Assembly (NCBI RefSeq): GCF_001194135.2
Contig: NC_068989.1
Coordinates: 26,870,219 to 26,907,532, forward strand
DNA: 37,314 nt
Reading direction: 5' to 3'
From: Octopus bimaculoides
Taxonomy: Eukaryota
Part shown: piece after piece, positions 11,918-23,520 of the stretch
Layout of the letters: each line of letters opens with the position of its first letter
Numbering within the stretch: position 1 is the first letter of the stretch
The notes under the pieces: generated by a model
Told to the model about the DNA's origin: nothing
The model's input: only the letters and a program-made list of their open reading frames with translations
Databases searched by the model: none
Translations under genes and position numbers: made by a program

Positions 11918-12056
11918 TCGAAAATAGGAATGAGCACCCAGGTTCGAAATTTCTCCAAGACACCTGATGACGTCTGGAGGGTATATCAACCGAAAAGATG
12001 TAACAACAAACAAGTTGAGAACAAATATCCGTCAAATGTAAATAATGCAAATAATA
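11799..12056 (+). mobile_element. tRNA-derived SINE with internal (AAT)n and hammerhead-like 3' module
   Basis: A box TGACGTAGTGC (11807-11817), anticodon-arm-like GGGCTACTAACCC, B box GAATTCGATTCC (11850-11861), (AAT)n 11880-11913, second B-box-like GGTTCGAAAT (11941-11950), then CTGATGA (11964-11970) ... GAAA (11992-11995). Confidence 0.7.
11959..12005 (+). ncRNA. Degenerate minimal hammerhead ribozyme-like motif within the SINE
   Basis: GACAC-CTGATGA-cgtctg-gagggtatat-caacc-GAAA-agatgtaac. Both core motifs are present in order, but stem II is mismatched and there is no good stem III/NUH in this copy. Confidence 0.4.
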
Positions 12057-13620
12057 TAGTCTATTCCCTTATATATGAAGGAGACCGTGTATTGTTAAAT
12101 TAATGTTCTAATATTATTCATTATTACATTTTTCTGGATTTCTTATTTCTTCCTTAAAATAAATTTGATTTATCGTTTGTTCAAATGTTTTGTCATCATA
12201 ATCACTGTCACCACACACTTATCGGCTTCTTTTAGGATAACTGAGCTGTCGTACTTCAGTGTTAGTAAGGCTTCCATTTTTTTTGTACGAGGTTTTTGTT
12301 TGCATTCATGGCCATTGAGAAGGAATTAGGATATTGTGTGTATATAGGCATCTAAATGTTTGTCGCAAATTTTTAGATTGTGTTTCAATTTGAATAGCAG
12401 AGCAATTTCATAAACGAAGAACATAAGTAATTTAGATACACTTATGTGATGCATATATATTCGACCGTACCTTTTTTCAAACCAGTAATGTTTTATTGAG
12501 ATGACTTGATAGGAAATCTTCAGAGCTAAGATTTGAGAAATTGTTGCCATTTCACTTACTATATCAGTTCTGTGCGTATTTCTGTGCGCGCGTAGGTGGC
12601 TGTGTGCGTGTGTGTGCGTGTGTGTGCGTGTATGGTTATAAATCATAGTAATAAGAAAACGTATTGTAGCACAGGTAGACAGGTTTGCTGCTATAGATAT
12701 TTTTCTGTATTAATATTTATCTGTATTTACTTCTACGAAACATCTTTCATCGCTGTATCCACCAGTAGTCTGAGAGATTATTATTTCTTTGATTAATTTG
12801 CAATTTATTAACCATTAATTAGTTATAGCCTACGATTTTACAATAATGATTTTTACATCGTATCAATATGATTACTTTCACTCATTACTAACCCTATCAT
12901 GCTGAGAGAGTCAAGCGCATTTATAACGAGATAATGGTGGCAACGTGTATACACAAATCTATTTATATGAACCAAACACACACACACACACACACACATC
13001 CAAATACACACAGAAATGATTCACTGAGTGCAATGACAACTTTTTCTCAAGTCTTTCCTATCAAGTTTTTTCCGGTGTATAAGAATAGCAAGGATATTTA
13101 ATCCAGCGAACAAAAGTGTCGCTGAACATTATAGAAAAAAGATAATTTTTGATGAACGAAATCTAGCTCGTGATACAAATGCTATTTTGGTGTTTCTCTG
13201 TTATCACGTTTTTATTTCAGCCAATCGTAGATCACTTATGTAGCCTCAAATAAAGATATACGAAACTAATCAGAATTTACTTCATAGATCTCCCTTAAGT
13301 TTTTGCTAACAGTTTTGCTTCAACTGAGCAGAGTGCTCTCGTTTACATTTTGCTTCTTACATCTCTGAATCTTTTTCTTCAAGAATATCGATCCACCTGC
13401 CTTACTCCTTTTACGTATATAATAAATACGACACCAAGCAGAATAGGCTTTATTTTTGATTATTTCAAAACAAGAAATACATGAATCTGCCGGTTGTTTA
13501 CTTAAACAAAAAGAAATAGGTGAATTAAGTGATTTTCTTCTCTTCTTCCTTTTATTAAAGCACACAAAATAGACGTTTTCTCTATCACTTTCTGTTAGAT
13601 TCATTATTTTCACGCATTTT

Positions 13621-13711
13621 GTACAGTCCCACATTAGTATAAGACCCCATATACTAATGTGGGACTGTACTCTGCGCCCAAAATAATGCTCGATAGTGAT
13701 CGAGCATTTTT
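13621..13711. other. Tandem pair of perfect hairpins (21-bp stem/8-nt loop; 10-bp stem/4-nt loop)
   Basis: GTACAGTCCCACATTAGTATA (13621-13641) is the exact reverse complement of 13650-13670. AATGCTCGAT (13685-13694) pairs with ATCGAGCATT (13699-13708). Confidence 0.95.
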
Positions 13712-14065
13712 GTAAGGTTAAGTCCGTAAAGTTTTTATCTACAGCTGCAGCATGGTAAAATAATAGAAAACACATTTTTTTTCTTTACAATTGTTGTTAT
13801 CTCTGACACAGACAAAAGAAAACAGTGAAATTTCGAATATATCAATCATTAACATTATTAAGTAGAACTACTATCTTCCATACGGACTAATGTGATTGAA
13901 AATTTTTCGGATATGGAAGTTACTTGAGATTATTCAAAAGACAATTTCATATGTTTTTTTTTTTAATTTAATGTTAAAGCAAATGATTTACATTTAATCA
14001 AACAATGTTCTCAATTCATGAACAGTTATTTGCATTTCGAGTATGTTACAAAAATATATGCACGT

Positions 14066-15290
14066 CTAGGGGGAATCCATGGGTGTCAGTATGACTGGGG
14101 ACGTGACAGGCCTCTTCATGTCCTGGGGGGGACAGAAAACTGAAAGAACCTCTCGAGGAACATTCGGTAGCAATCAGATTGTACGGGAGATATGTGGATG
14201 ACATCAATATCATAGTCAAGACACCATCGAACTCTCTCAGACTGAAAAGAACAAGAGGATAAGGATGAAAAGCATCCAGCGTTTGGCTAATTGCGTACAC
14301 AAAATAATCAGGGTAACTATAGATTACCTAACAAGGCACCCAAACAAGAGACTTCCCGTCCTTGACACAGAGCCTTGGTTAGAGACTATTACTAGCAACG
14401 TTCAAATCCTCAACTCACACTATATGAAACCTATGTCCTTGAAATATATGATCCATAAGTGTTCGGCTCTATTACACAATGTGAAAATTAATATATTAAT
14501 AGCCGTCTTAGTCAGTATAATGAAAAGCATGTCACTCCAGTGCAAAACCTGGGAGAAACAGAAACATACACCAGAATTCATGCATCGAATGCAATTTTTG
14601 GGATACATCCAGATAGAATCCGAGTGAATAGGGGGGGCATGCAAGAAACTTGAAGAGATTATGAATAAGGATGCCCATGTAATACAACCTAAGTAACGTA
14701 GTAAGCAGTGGAATAAAATACAGAGAATTTATGATAAAACAAACAAAAGTGGGACAATGCCGACAAGTTCCAAGGGATGATATTTATAGAAGCCGCTTCA
14801 CACGAAGAACTAGCCTGCAGATTTTGAAGAATCCTCAAGGATACTAAGTTGAACATAAAAGTCATGGAAAAACTAGTGAAATCCATCAGGTCAATAATAT
14901 GCAAAACATACCCCTTCAGAAAGAGAACGTGCGTAGTGGAGAACTACGTAGTGTGCAAATAAGGCCTTGGTGTCAACTGCAAAACCAAAAATATCGTTAC
15001 CGAATAAACTGCATGGATGGTGATTGTAAAAACCGGATGACTACATACAAAGGGGAAACGGCGAGAAGTTTGGCTGAGCGTATAAATGGACACTGGAGGG
15101 AATACAGAGATGAAAGAGAAACCTCGATAATCTAATAGCATACCAAAGAACAGCATAGTAGTGTCCTGAACCGGATTAGCATAGAAATCCTGTCTAGACA
15201 CCCGGACAACGCATCGCTACGATAGATACGAGAGTCAGTCTTGATAAACGAAACACGAACGGTTTTGAATAGTAAATACTCTCATTAGGC
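14066..15290 (+). mobile_element. 5'-truncated Penelope-like element (RT C-half and GIY-YIG endonuclease), pseudogenised
   Basis: SMGVSMTGDVTGLFMSW; LYGRYVDDINIIVK (YVDD 14191-14202); IRVTIDYLTRHPNKRLPVLD; HYMKPMS; RMQFLGY; IFIEAASHEELA...KVMEKLVKSI...YPF...C..C; YRINC...YKGETARSLAERINGH; IRESVLIN...LNSK. Stops and frameshifts present. Confidence 0.85.
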
Positions 15291-15309
15291 AGAGGGCTTA
15301 CAAAGACCC

Positions 15310-15680
15310 ATGGACGCACACACACATACACACATGCAAGGGCAAACAAAGACACAGACACGGCCTCAATCGCACACGGACACACACATGTACGCAAACG
15401 CACACACACGGAAACATGTATACACAAGTTTACACGTACACACAAACACACAGGAATTCACACACATATCCACATATCAATGCATGCACATACACACAAA
15501 CGCACACTTACAAACACACACACATAAGTCACACTGTGGCACAGACAGAAACTCACACTCACACACACACACACACACATACACGCAAACACAGACACGC
15601 ACGCTCGTACACACATGCCCTCACACCCACCCATGAACACCCGCACGCACACGCATGCTTATGCTCATGCACAGATAGAT
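15310..15680 (+). repeat. Degenerate CA-rich low-complexity tract directly after the PLE ORF
   Basis: Interrupted (CA)n with CG/TA variants; source of the His/Thr and Cys/Val ORFs. Confidence 0.9.
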
Positions 15681-17051
15681 ATCAATTTATTCAACATTTA
15701 TCAAAGAAGACGGTTTAACTGTCTTTGAGAGAAACGTTATATGGATGAATGTGTGCGTTTTTGAAGAAAACAGAGGAAACCAAAATATGAAAAATGACAG
15801 TATTTAAAACACACACACACACATACGGATGCACATACTTGCGTATAAACACAAACATGCAGATATACACACACTCATTTACTCCTCTCTGACAGTTCTC
15901 GGATGAATCCTAACGCTGGAACATAAGTTCAAAAGAAATGGAAGTAGAGAAGCTGTCACTGAAGGGATTGCACCAATGCGATGAAATAATTATTTGACAA
16001 AAAAAAAAAAAGAAATGAGAACACAAACAATACTGAACATTTGAACGATTAAATGTTTGACCAAAGTGTTTAACATATGAGTTTGAAAAACTAGTAAAAA
16101 ACGGCTGATCGATAAATTTGTTAGCGGATTAACTGACCCGTTAACTAACAATACAAATAAAGGACCGAACCAGTGCGTGTGTTTATCATTACAGGCATAA
16201 TGCCTCTCCCAAGATTCAATAGTACAAAAATATTACCAAAGTTTCATGAAATCTCCCTCAAATCAATTTGTGCAGATTTATACCAAGGGAAGAGAAATGC
16301 ATTCATAAAATAACCTTGAATTCAGTTTCTCTGCATTAGAAAAAGTGGTTGGTTAATGCTCTATCTCTTTTGTTCGATGTATCAAAGGTGATAAGAATCT
16401 GAATAGATAACTAACAACATTAATACTCAGTTCAAGAATAGTAAATACAGTCGAAAATCTTTTGCGATATTTTTTTTTTTTACATTTGCAGTTCAAATCT
16501 CCAATTTGCATTTATTTTGTCCAGGGTTGGCAAGAAATAATTACCATTGCAATATATTTGCAATATCATTCTTACACCTAAAATTATTCATTTTCTTAAT
16601 ATCGGAGATAATTATTAAAACCAGTTTTAAATTTAAGCACAATGCTAGCAATTGTAAATGTAGGGGACTATGTGAATTTATCAGTACCATTACTTGAGTG
16701 GTAGTTAATATCAAGGCTTAAAAATTGGGGTAATTTTTTTTTTTTTTACCAACGCTCTAAAATTTCTGCTAACCCACTATCTTAAAACTATTGCAAATAA
16801 TAAACAGTAATATATACTGCATGTTAATATCATATCAAAATAGAAGTTTTATTAAAATTAAAGCCTTATAATAATAATGACAAGCGTGAATATCAATATT
16901 AGCTTTCAGATATTTAAATTAAAAGGCAGGACTTCCAGCATTGATTATTATGAATCACAACGAAGAAAATCCGAAATTTCCTAATCTGAATTCTCTCTAA
17001 ATTACATTATAGTTTATATTCGTATCTAAATCAATCCAATCTTAGATTAAT

Positions 17052-17082
<31 letters not shown>

Positions 17083-17117
17083 GAGTACAGCAACATTTAT
17101 CATCATCATCCTTATCG

Positions 17118-17190
<73 letters not shown>
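17052..17190. repeat. Compound microsatellite (ATG)n / (CAT)n / (TTA)n
   Basis: (ATG)n 17052-17081; (TTA)n ~17122-17190. Confidence 0.95.
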
Positions 17191-17191
<1 letters not shown>

Positions 17192-17619
17192 CATTATAAC
17201 TTTAATGTGAAGCTGAATTATTAATCCTCCAATGCTTCAATCAAAGCAATATTTGCAGCTCTAATGTATAAAGCCCACATCGTGGGGAAGATCCAAATTT
17301 CCTATATCCGAATATTTCATTCCAAATAAATCATATTTGAAGTTTATATCTGAATCAATCGATATTTTATTTATTAGAACCATGTCCATTTCAATAAAAC
17401 GTCCAGGATTTTACAATTTGATCTCATGACATCAGTGAAGTGCGTTATATACAAGTTTGTAGAGATGCTGCCTATCTTAATAATATTAATGTCATAATTG
17501 AAGTGACTTATATACTGCTAACAAGTATAATCAGAGGTTAATGAATGATCGATGCTTACCTTTTATTTTACAGAGCTTACATTCAAACGCGCTAATGTAA
17601 TATTTCGCTAGTATTAGAC

Positions 17620-19660
17620 CACATAATTACAAGATAGCAGTGTAGTAGAATTAATTCACTCGTACAGACGAACGACATGTTTGACAAGTAGAATCTAACG
17701 ATAACCCTGCAGTTATAACTGTTGAAAAACTTAGACAACTCAAGTCAAATAAACTTTTGTTCAAACATCTTCTACTTACAATGAACTACTACAACCTAAA
17801 CTCAATCCTATAAAGTAAAAGGAAATGGGAACTCATCAACGAGTTACAAAACAATAATGACATCATAATCAAGGAGAGAGATAAGGGTAGTACTTTTGTA
17901 ATTATGGACACAGAACACTACAGAAGCTTGTATCTCACCTCTTACAAGATACTACCTACTATGAAAGATGTCCAAATTAAGCACAATCATTTGCCAACAT
18001 CAAAAGAACCTAACGACAAAGGAATGCGTCAATTTAACAAATGTTGATTGCAAAACCAGCAACCTCTACAGGCTTCCGAAAATCTATAAGTGCAAAATAA
18101 CTACCAAAGCTTGCAAAAAATTCACCTCAACTTGCATCACTGTACCCCAACCGTACTGACCTCAAATTGAGATCAATTGTGGCAGGTCCAAACTGTGAAA
18201 TACAATGATTTAGCAACATTATTCACATACTCTTAAAACCAATACTTAAACACATACCAAGTATTGTAAGAGATGACCTGGACCTCCTAAACCACCTCCC
18301 CAAACATGCCAATACAGACATTTTCATCGTCGCCTTTGATCAGATAAAACTTTATATTACGATTCCACATCAATATGGACGGGAAGCCATTAAATTCTGG
18401 CTAGATATATACCCCAATGAGGTAGCGGAAAGAGTAAAATATAATTTGTCATCGAGGGCCTTAAATGTATCCTACTGATGCCAGTCTGGTGATGGCCTAC
18501 CTGGAAATACAAATATATGAACTATCCAAATTAAAATACGGCCTGTCTTTCCACAAATATCTGTTGGAGAATTAGAAACCCTGCTTGGATGACTGCCTCA
18601 GTCTGTAGTTTCACACATTCGATCAACTAAATGAATTCAAAAATATAATCAACAGCGTCAACATCCATATCGAATTTACAATGGAATCTAGGCATCAACA
18701 TTGAAATTGATATCCACTACAAACTGATTTATTTCAAACAATACCTCCTATTTACCCCCAATCACCAAAATTACACGAAGACAAACATGCCCTTCAATCT
18801 AGGGAGAGGAATGTGAACAATTGTCTCAAATTATGAAACGTGAAATAAGACTTCAAGAACTAAAGGTAATTCTTCTCGAACGACAGTATACATGATCATT
18901 CGTTGACAATGGAATAGAACTATCTAAGACAATCTATATCCAAGTCTTACGAAAACCGAAACATACTCAGTGTACATTGAATAGTCTCCCATATCTCTCA
19001 ACATGCAATCAAAGAAATACAGAAGCTTTATCCCAATACTAAGTCAAGACACACGTTTAAAAAAGTACTCGAAACCCATAAAGTAATAAAAAGCAAGAGA
19101 AAACACAAATCCATAAAAATACTTACTCAAAATTACCCAACGGAAGACCAACACCCACCGTCAAAAACTGTGTTCTCTCTAACTGCGTAACCTTCACCTA
19201 CCTCATTGAAGGAACAATATATATAGATGTTTTCGATCTAGTTTGTATTCTTTGCCATCAAATTTGTTTGCAAAGAATTCAAATTGGATGGCAAAAAATC
19301 CAAACTAGATCGAAAGCATCTATACATTCCAATCAGGACACACTTTTGTCATAAAAAATAACTCACCTGCAGATAAAACAAATTACTTTATGCCATTAGG
19401 TGTGAAGGGTGCTACAAAGATTACATAGGGCAAACAAGCCTTACTCTCAGAGATAGGATGACAGTCTACTTCCAACACTTGAGGGATCCCATCACAAGAC
19501 AGATACAACTTAGTGGCCACCAAGATCTCTGTGCAAAAAATAAGTCGCCCAAATTCCTAGTTTTTTTCCAGTGTACAGTTGTGCAGACAGCACCACTGAT
19601 CAAACACAGATAAGGAAAATATCTTTATTCAAAAGTACAGACTACAACTTGTCATAGTAT
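17620..19660 (+). mobile_element. Penelope-like element, near-complete RT and GIY-YIG ORF, pseudogenised
   Basis: DIIIKERDKGSTFVIMD (from 17859), NLYRLPKIYK, DLKLRSIVAGPNCE, PSIVRDDLDLLNHLPK, VAFDQIKLYITIPH...AIKFWL, ASLVMAYLE, LDDC (18585-18596), IEFTME, IHYK...QYL...H...K.NMPFNL, YAIRCEGCYKDYIGQT...RMTV (19389-19470). The 5' boundary is approximate. Confidence 0.9.
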
Positions 19661-19669
19661 AACATCTCA

Positions 19670-21050
19670 AAAAATATACTTGGAGTGCAGACACATAAAC
19701 ATAATACCCCTACCCCTACCCCTCAGAAACACACATCCACAATGAACGCACAAAGAAAAACACACAGATACACACACGCACACACACACATACAAACACA
19801 ACGCAACCCTCACACACACACACACACACATACACACACACGCACGCACAAACACAATATCCCCAATCTCGAGCAAAGAGAAACACATTTCAAGGAAAAC
19901 GTGACATATATACACATGCAATAAGATTCTAGCAATCACAACAAATAATGATACACACACACACACACCCGCACACACACATATATACACACATACATAA
20001 AAACGTACGCGCATACACTTACACCGCCCTGTCAATTACAAGACACACACACAAGCACACCCACATATACACGCACACCACACAGAACAATCCAAACAAA
20101 TCACACACATTTATACAGACGTGCGCGCACATGTCTCAATATCCCTAACCCCATCCACCAAAAAAACGCACATCCACAACAAACACACAGACACATACAC
20201 AGATACACACACCAATAAATATAACCCACCTACACATACACGCATATATACACACATACGTACACAAACACAAACACAGTATACTCATTCTCCAGTAAAA
20301 ACACACATGTACTCAAACAAAAAACACACATATTCACACGCAATACAATTCTAGCAATCACAACAAACACGCACAGACAAACACACATACAGACACACAC
20401 AGGTACGGTCACGCACGCAATAACACACACAACCCTGACAAATACAAGACACCCTCACACAAACACACCCAAACGCATACCTGGTTCAAACACGCAGAGT
20501 ACGTACCCCCCCCCACACACACACACGCACACAAATACATACCACTCTGATAAACGTAAAACACACGGACACTGAAAAATACAACACACTCACACACATA
20601 CCCACTCACACACACATACCCACTCACACACACATACCCACTCACACAGGAATGCATATGCACCCACACACACCCATACGTATGCACACTCAAACACACA
20701 CACAACGCGAACAAATATAACACTACGAAGACGCACACACACATATACTCACGTGCACGTACACACCACCCTGACCAACACAACACATGCAAACATACAC
20801 ACGCACACATACAGACATACACATACACACACACGAACAAACACATATGCACACACGTGCACACACACAGCACCCTAACAAATACAAATCACACATAAAC
20901 ACACACCGTCCTACTAAATATAAGACATACACATACGCAGACTCATCCACACACCACACTGAACTTTAAGACCGGTCAATAACCGCCACACACATACACA
21001 AGCATATATACTCACACTCATAAATTCGTGCACACACACACAAACTCTCA
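19670..21050 (+). repeat. 1.4 kb CA-rich complex array with internal duplications
   Basis: Strong C/A strand bias. TTCTAGCAATCACAAC occurs near 19928 and 20350, CCCTG.CAA.TACAA near 20026, 20433 and 20873, and the 18-bp unit CACACACATACCCACTCA three times at ~20590-20645. Confidence 0.9.
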
Positions 21051-21677
21051 CAACATCTTCAACCCTAAGACCAGTCGAAATACCACCGAACCATAACAGA
21101 CTAACCCAGAAAGAACAACATCCTTTTGATTCCACAGGCTATTCGAACTCAGATCATGTGACTGCTCTCAACCAAACTCACACTATTTCTAAAAATAGCA
21201 ACCATCATTGCGAAACACATATACAAGTCTGGAGATGAAGAAAAAGGATTCGTTATTCCTCTAAAATCCTTACAAAAAAATTATGATTTCTGAACTTTTG
21301 ACAAAGCAATGCACGCTTTCTCCTATTATATACTGTTTAGAAATTCTGTCTGTATATGCTTATAAACAATTATGATTTCTGATGAACTAATAAACAATTA
21401 TGAACTTATTTTACTGCCTATTTTGAATAATTTTATGTAAACTGTTTAAACAAAAAGCCTCTCTTAACATTTTCTTACCATTGTCAAAGACTCCATCACT
21501 GTATTTTAACACATCTATGTTAACTAATATGTAACACCACAAAGGCTACACAAAGCCTCGAACTTTACCTTCTGAACAAATTTTTTTTTTCAAAAGTGAA
21601 ACGGGTTAAGTTAATAAACATCCTTAAAAGACCTCTGCATTTTCAAATCCTCTTCCCTCTATATTTAGGCATAATTA

Positions 21678-22734
21678 CAGATTTCTCCGCACCATCACCA
21701 CCACCAAAACGAATTTAGATGACCATAACTTTTAGAAAAATGGATATTTTCTAATGAAAGTTTCTACGAATATGTATTATATCATGTAGATTCCGAATAT
21801 ATAAAATAGGGGGGATTGTTTTAGGCGGGGTGTGGTGGGGAATTTCGGAAAATTCACCGGAGGCCACTTCAGTTCGTCTTAACTTTCAAGAAAATGGATA
21901 TTTTTTAATGAAATTCTCTACAAATATACCTCAGATGATGTGGATTCTGAAAACAGAAATTTTAGGGAAACACAATTCGGGGTTATTTCTGAAAACCATT
22001 CTCCCACTCGGGGGGGTTTCGGAACAAGCCATGCATTTTTGCTTCATTTTCTCCGCTTAGTGCGTTTGGGCATCCGTAGTTTTCCACACACATACACACA
22101 CACACGCATGTAATTAAAAAGGTTCAAACGGGGAATTATTTCATTCAATATCATGTTTATTATAGAGATTATGTAACAAATTATACTTTAGACTTTTATA
22201 TTTACCTGTGCGTGTATATTCCTTGCTTTTGCTTCTGGTATCTTCTGCCTTTCTATTAGAAACGTTTACCTACGAATTTACTTAAAAGTGAAAAAAAGAT
22301 TGTTTGCAACAGATAAGTCGTCTTAATAACATATTTCTGTGTACCAGACATTTAGCTGTTATTTTTAGCATAACGAGTCTTCTGGTGAGGGCTTCATGGC
22401 TTGTTTGTTGCTTCAGTAGAAATCTACGGATGCACAAAGGCGAAAGAAAAGAGAAAATGAAATAAATATGGATGACTTGTTCCGAAACACCCCTGAGTGT
22501 CTACATAGTCCGAGGTATATTTGTTGAAAATTTCATTAAAAGAATATCTATTTTCTTGAAAGTTAAGGTGAATTTTCCAAAATTCCCCACCGCACACTTT
22601 CCTAAAACAATTTCCCCCCAAAACTGTATATAGTCGGAATTTACATGATATAACACATATTCGTAGAAAATTTGTTCAAAAATATTCATTTTTCTGGAAG
22701 TTATGATCATCCAAATCGAGGGTGCAGAAATCTG
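21678..22734. mobile_element. ~1.06 kb non-autonomous DNA transposon / foldback MITE with 300-400 bp inverted arms, probably Tc1/mariner (TA TSD)
   Basis: TA|CAGATTTCT...GCACC at the left and GGTGCAGAAATCTG|TA at the right. Arms ~21678-22080 and ~22424-22734; the 18-mer CTTAACTTTCAAGAAAAT (21878-21895) is the exact reverse complement of 22550-22567. No transposase ORF. Confidence 0.75.
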
Positions 22735-22879
22735 TAGTTCTTCCTATATATTAATGGTTTGTTTAAAAGTAACTTGCTAGTGTTCCCCGTACATCGAAAA
22801 AGTGGTAATGACATTCGGTTAAAATGGCTTCTTAATGTGTTTTGTTCTTTTTTTACCCTGAGGAGATGAATTCATTGAT

Positions 22880-23520
22880 TTACATCATTTTTATTCCCTC
22901 CGGAATAATCTCAATGCTATTTTCAAAACATATGTTGAAAGTATAACTGATTGGAATAACGCCTGCGTTTGACTCCATTTCTTAAATTATCCATGTTATA
23001 CTAAAACATATTACTTAACCTGGAATTTCTTACTTCATGCCACAAACCCACAATGATAGGTAAAGTTTCTATTTTGAGGAACAGTGTTTTCCTAGCATGA
23101 CTTCATGGTTGCATGAAGTTGGTCCCAATGGTGGAGTGGACTCTACATAAATCTTTCAATTGAAGAAGTAGGACTGGCGCCAGTTCCTGCGTTCTAATTC
23201 TTTGTATTCCCAGGAAGACAAAGGATTGTTGCATCACTTCAGATTGTGTTTGAGTTACTCTTTGAAGCGCAAGCGTGGTGTTCCAACTAACTTTCCTGTT
23301 GGGAATTGGCCAGAGAGGAGTTACTTCGGAATTCTGATATCATTCATACTTGTGAGTTGACCTGACCGTCAAAGCTTTATTTTGATGAGGATGGTTTCGA
23401 TACCTGATATATTGCATTTTGTTAGTACCTCACTGTTATGAATATGCTCAATTGTTTTATGTTGGAAATAGTACGCAAAAATCGCATATGAAAGTTACAA
23501 GAAATGTCGTTCAAATATCA
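22880..23520 (-). mobile_element. 3' portion of an RTE-clade LINE, decayed
   Basis: Minus strand: NFHMRFLRTISNIK (~23470-23495), then IHNSEVLTKCNISGIETILIKIKL*RSGQLTSMNDIRIPK*LLSGQ...GTPRLRFKE*LKHNLK*C...SW...RRNWR, matching the RTE thumb/C-terminal consensus. It may extend further 5' (to ~24300), but motifs there are too weak. Confidence 0.75.

Noticed and set aside
13320-13775. 151-aa minus-strand ORF with Cys/Lys-rich segments
   Set aside because: No recognisable domain or splice context, and it runs through the perfect hairpins. Probably spurious.
17545-17580. Polypyrimidine tract and TTTTACAG acceptor upstream of the PLE ORF, suggesting a PLE intron
   Set aside because: PLEs can carry introns, but no matching donor or exon could be supported, and such motifs are common in AT-rich DNA.
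20590-20645. Short regular repeats (18-bp x3 here, 11-bp x4 at 10741) as CRISPR-like arrays
   Set aside because: No unique spacers, eukaryotic context and no cas genes; simple tandem repeats.
19667-21135. Cys/Val-rich and His/Thr-rich ORFs (also 15194-15718, 12326-12796, 340-666, 11802-12103, 36868-37164)
   Set aside because: Translations of CA/TG, CTA and AAT microsatellites, with no domain signal.
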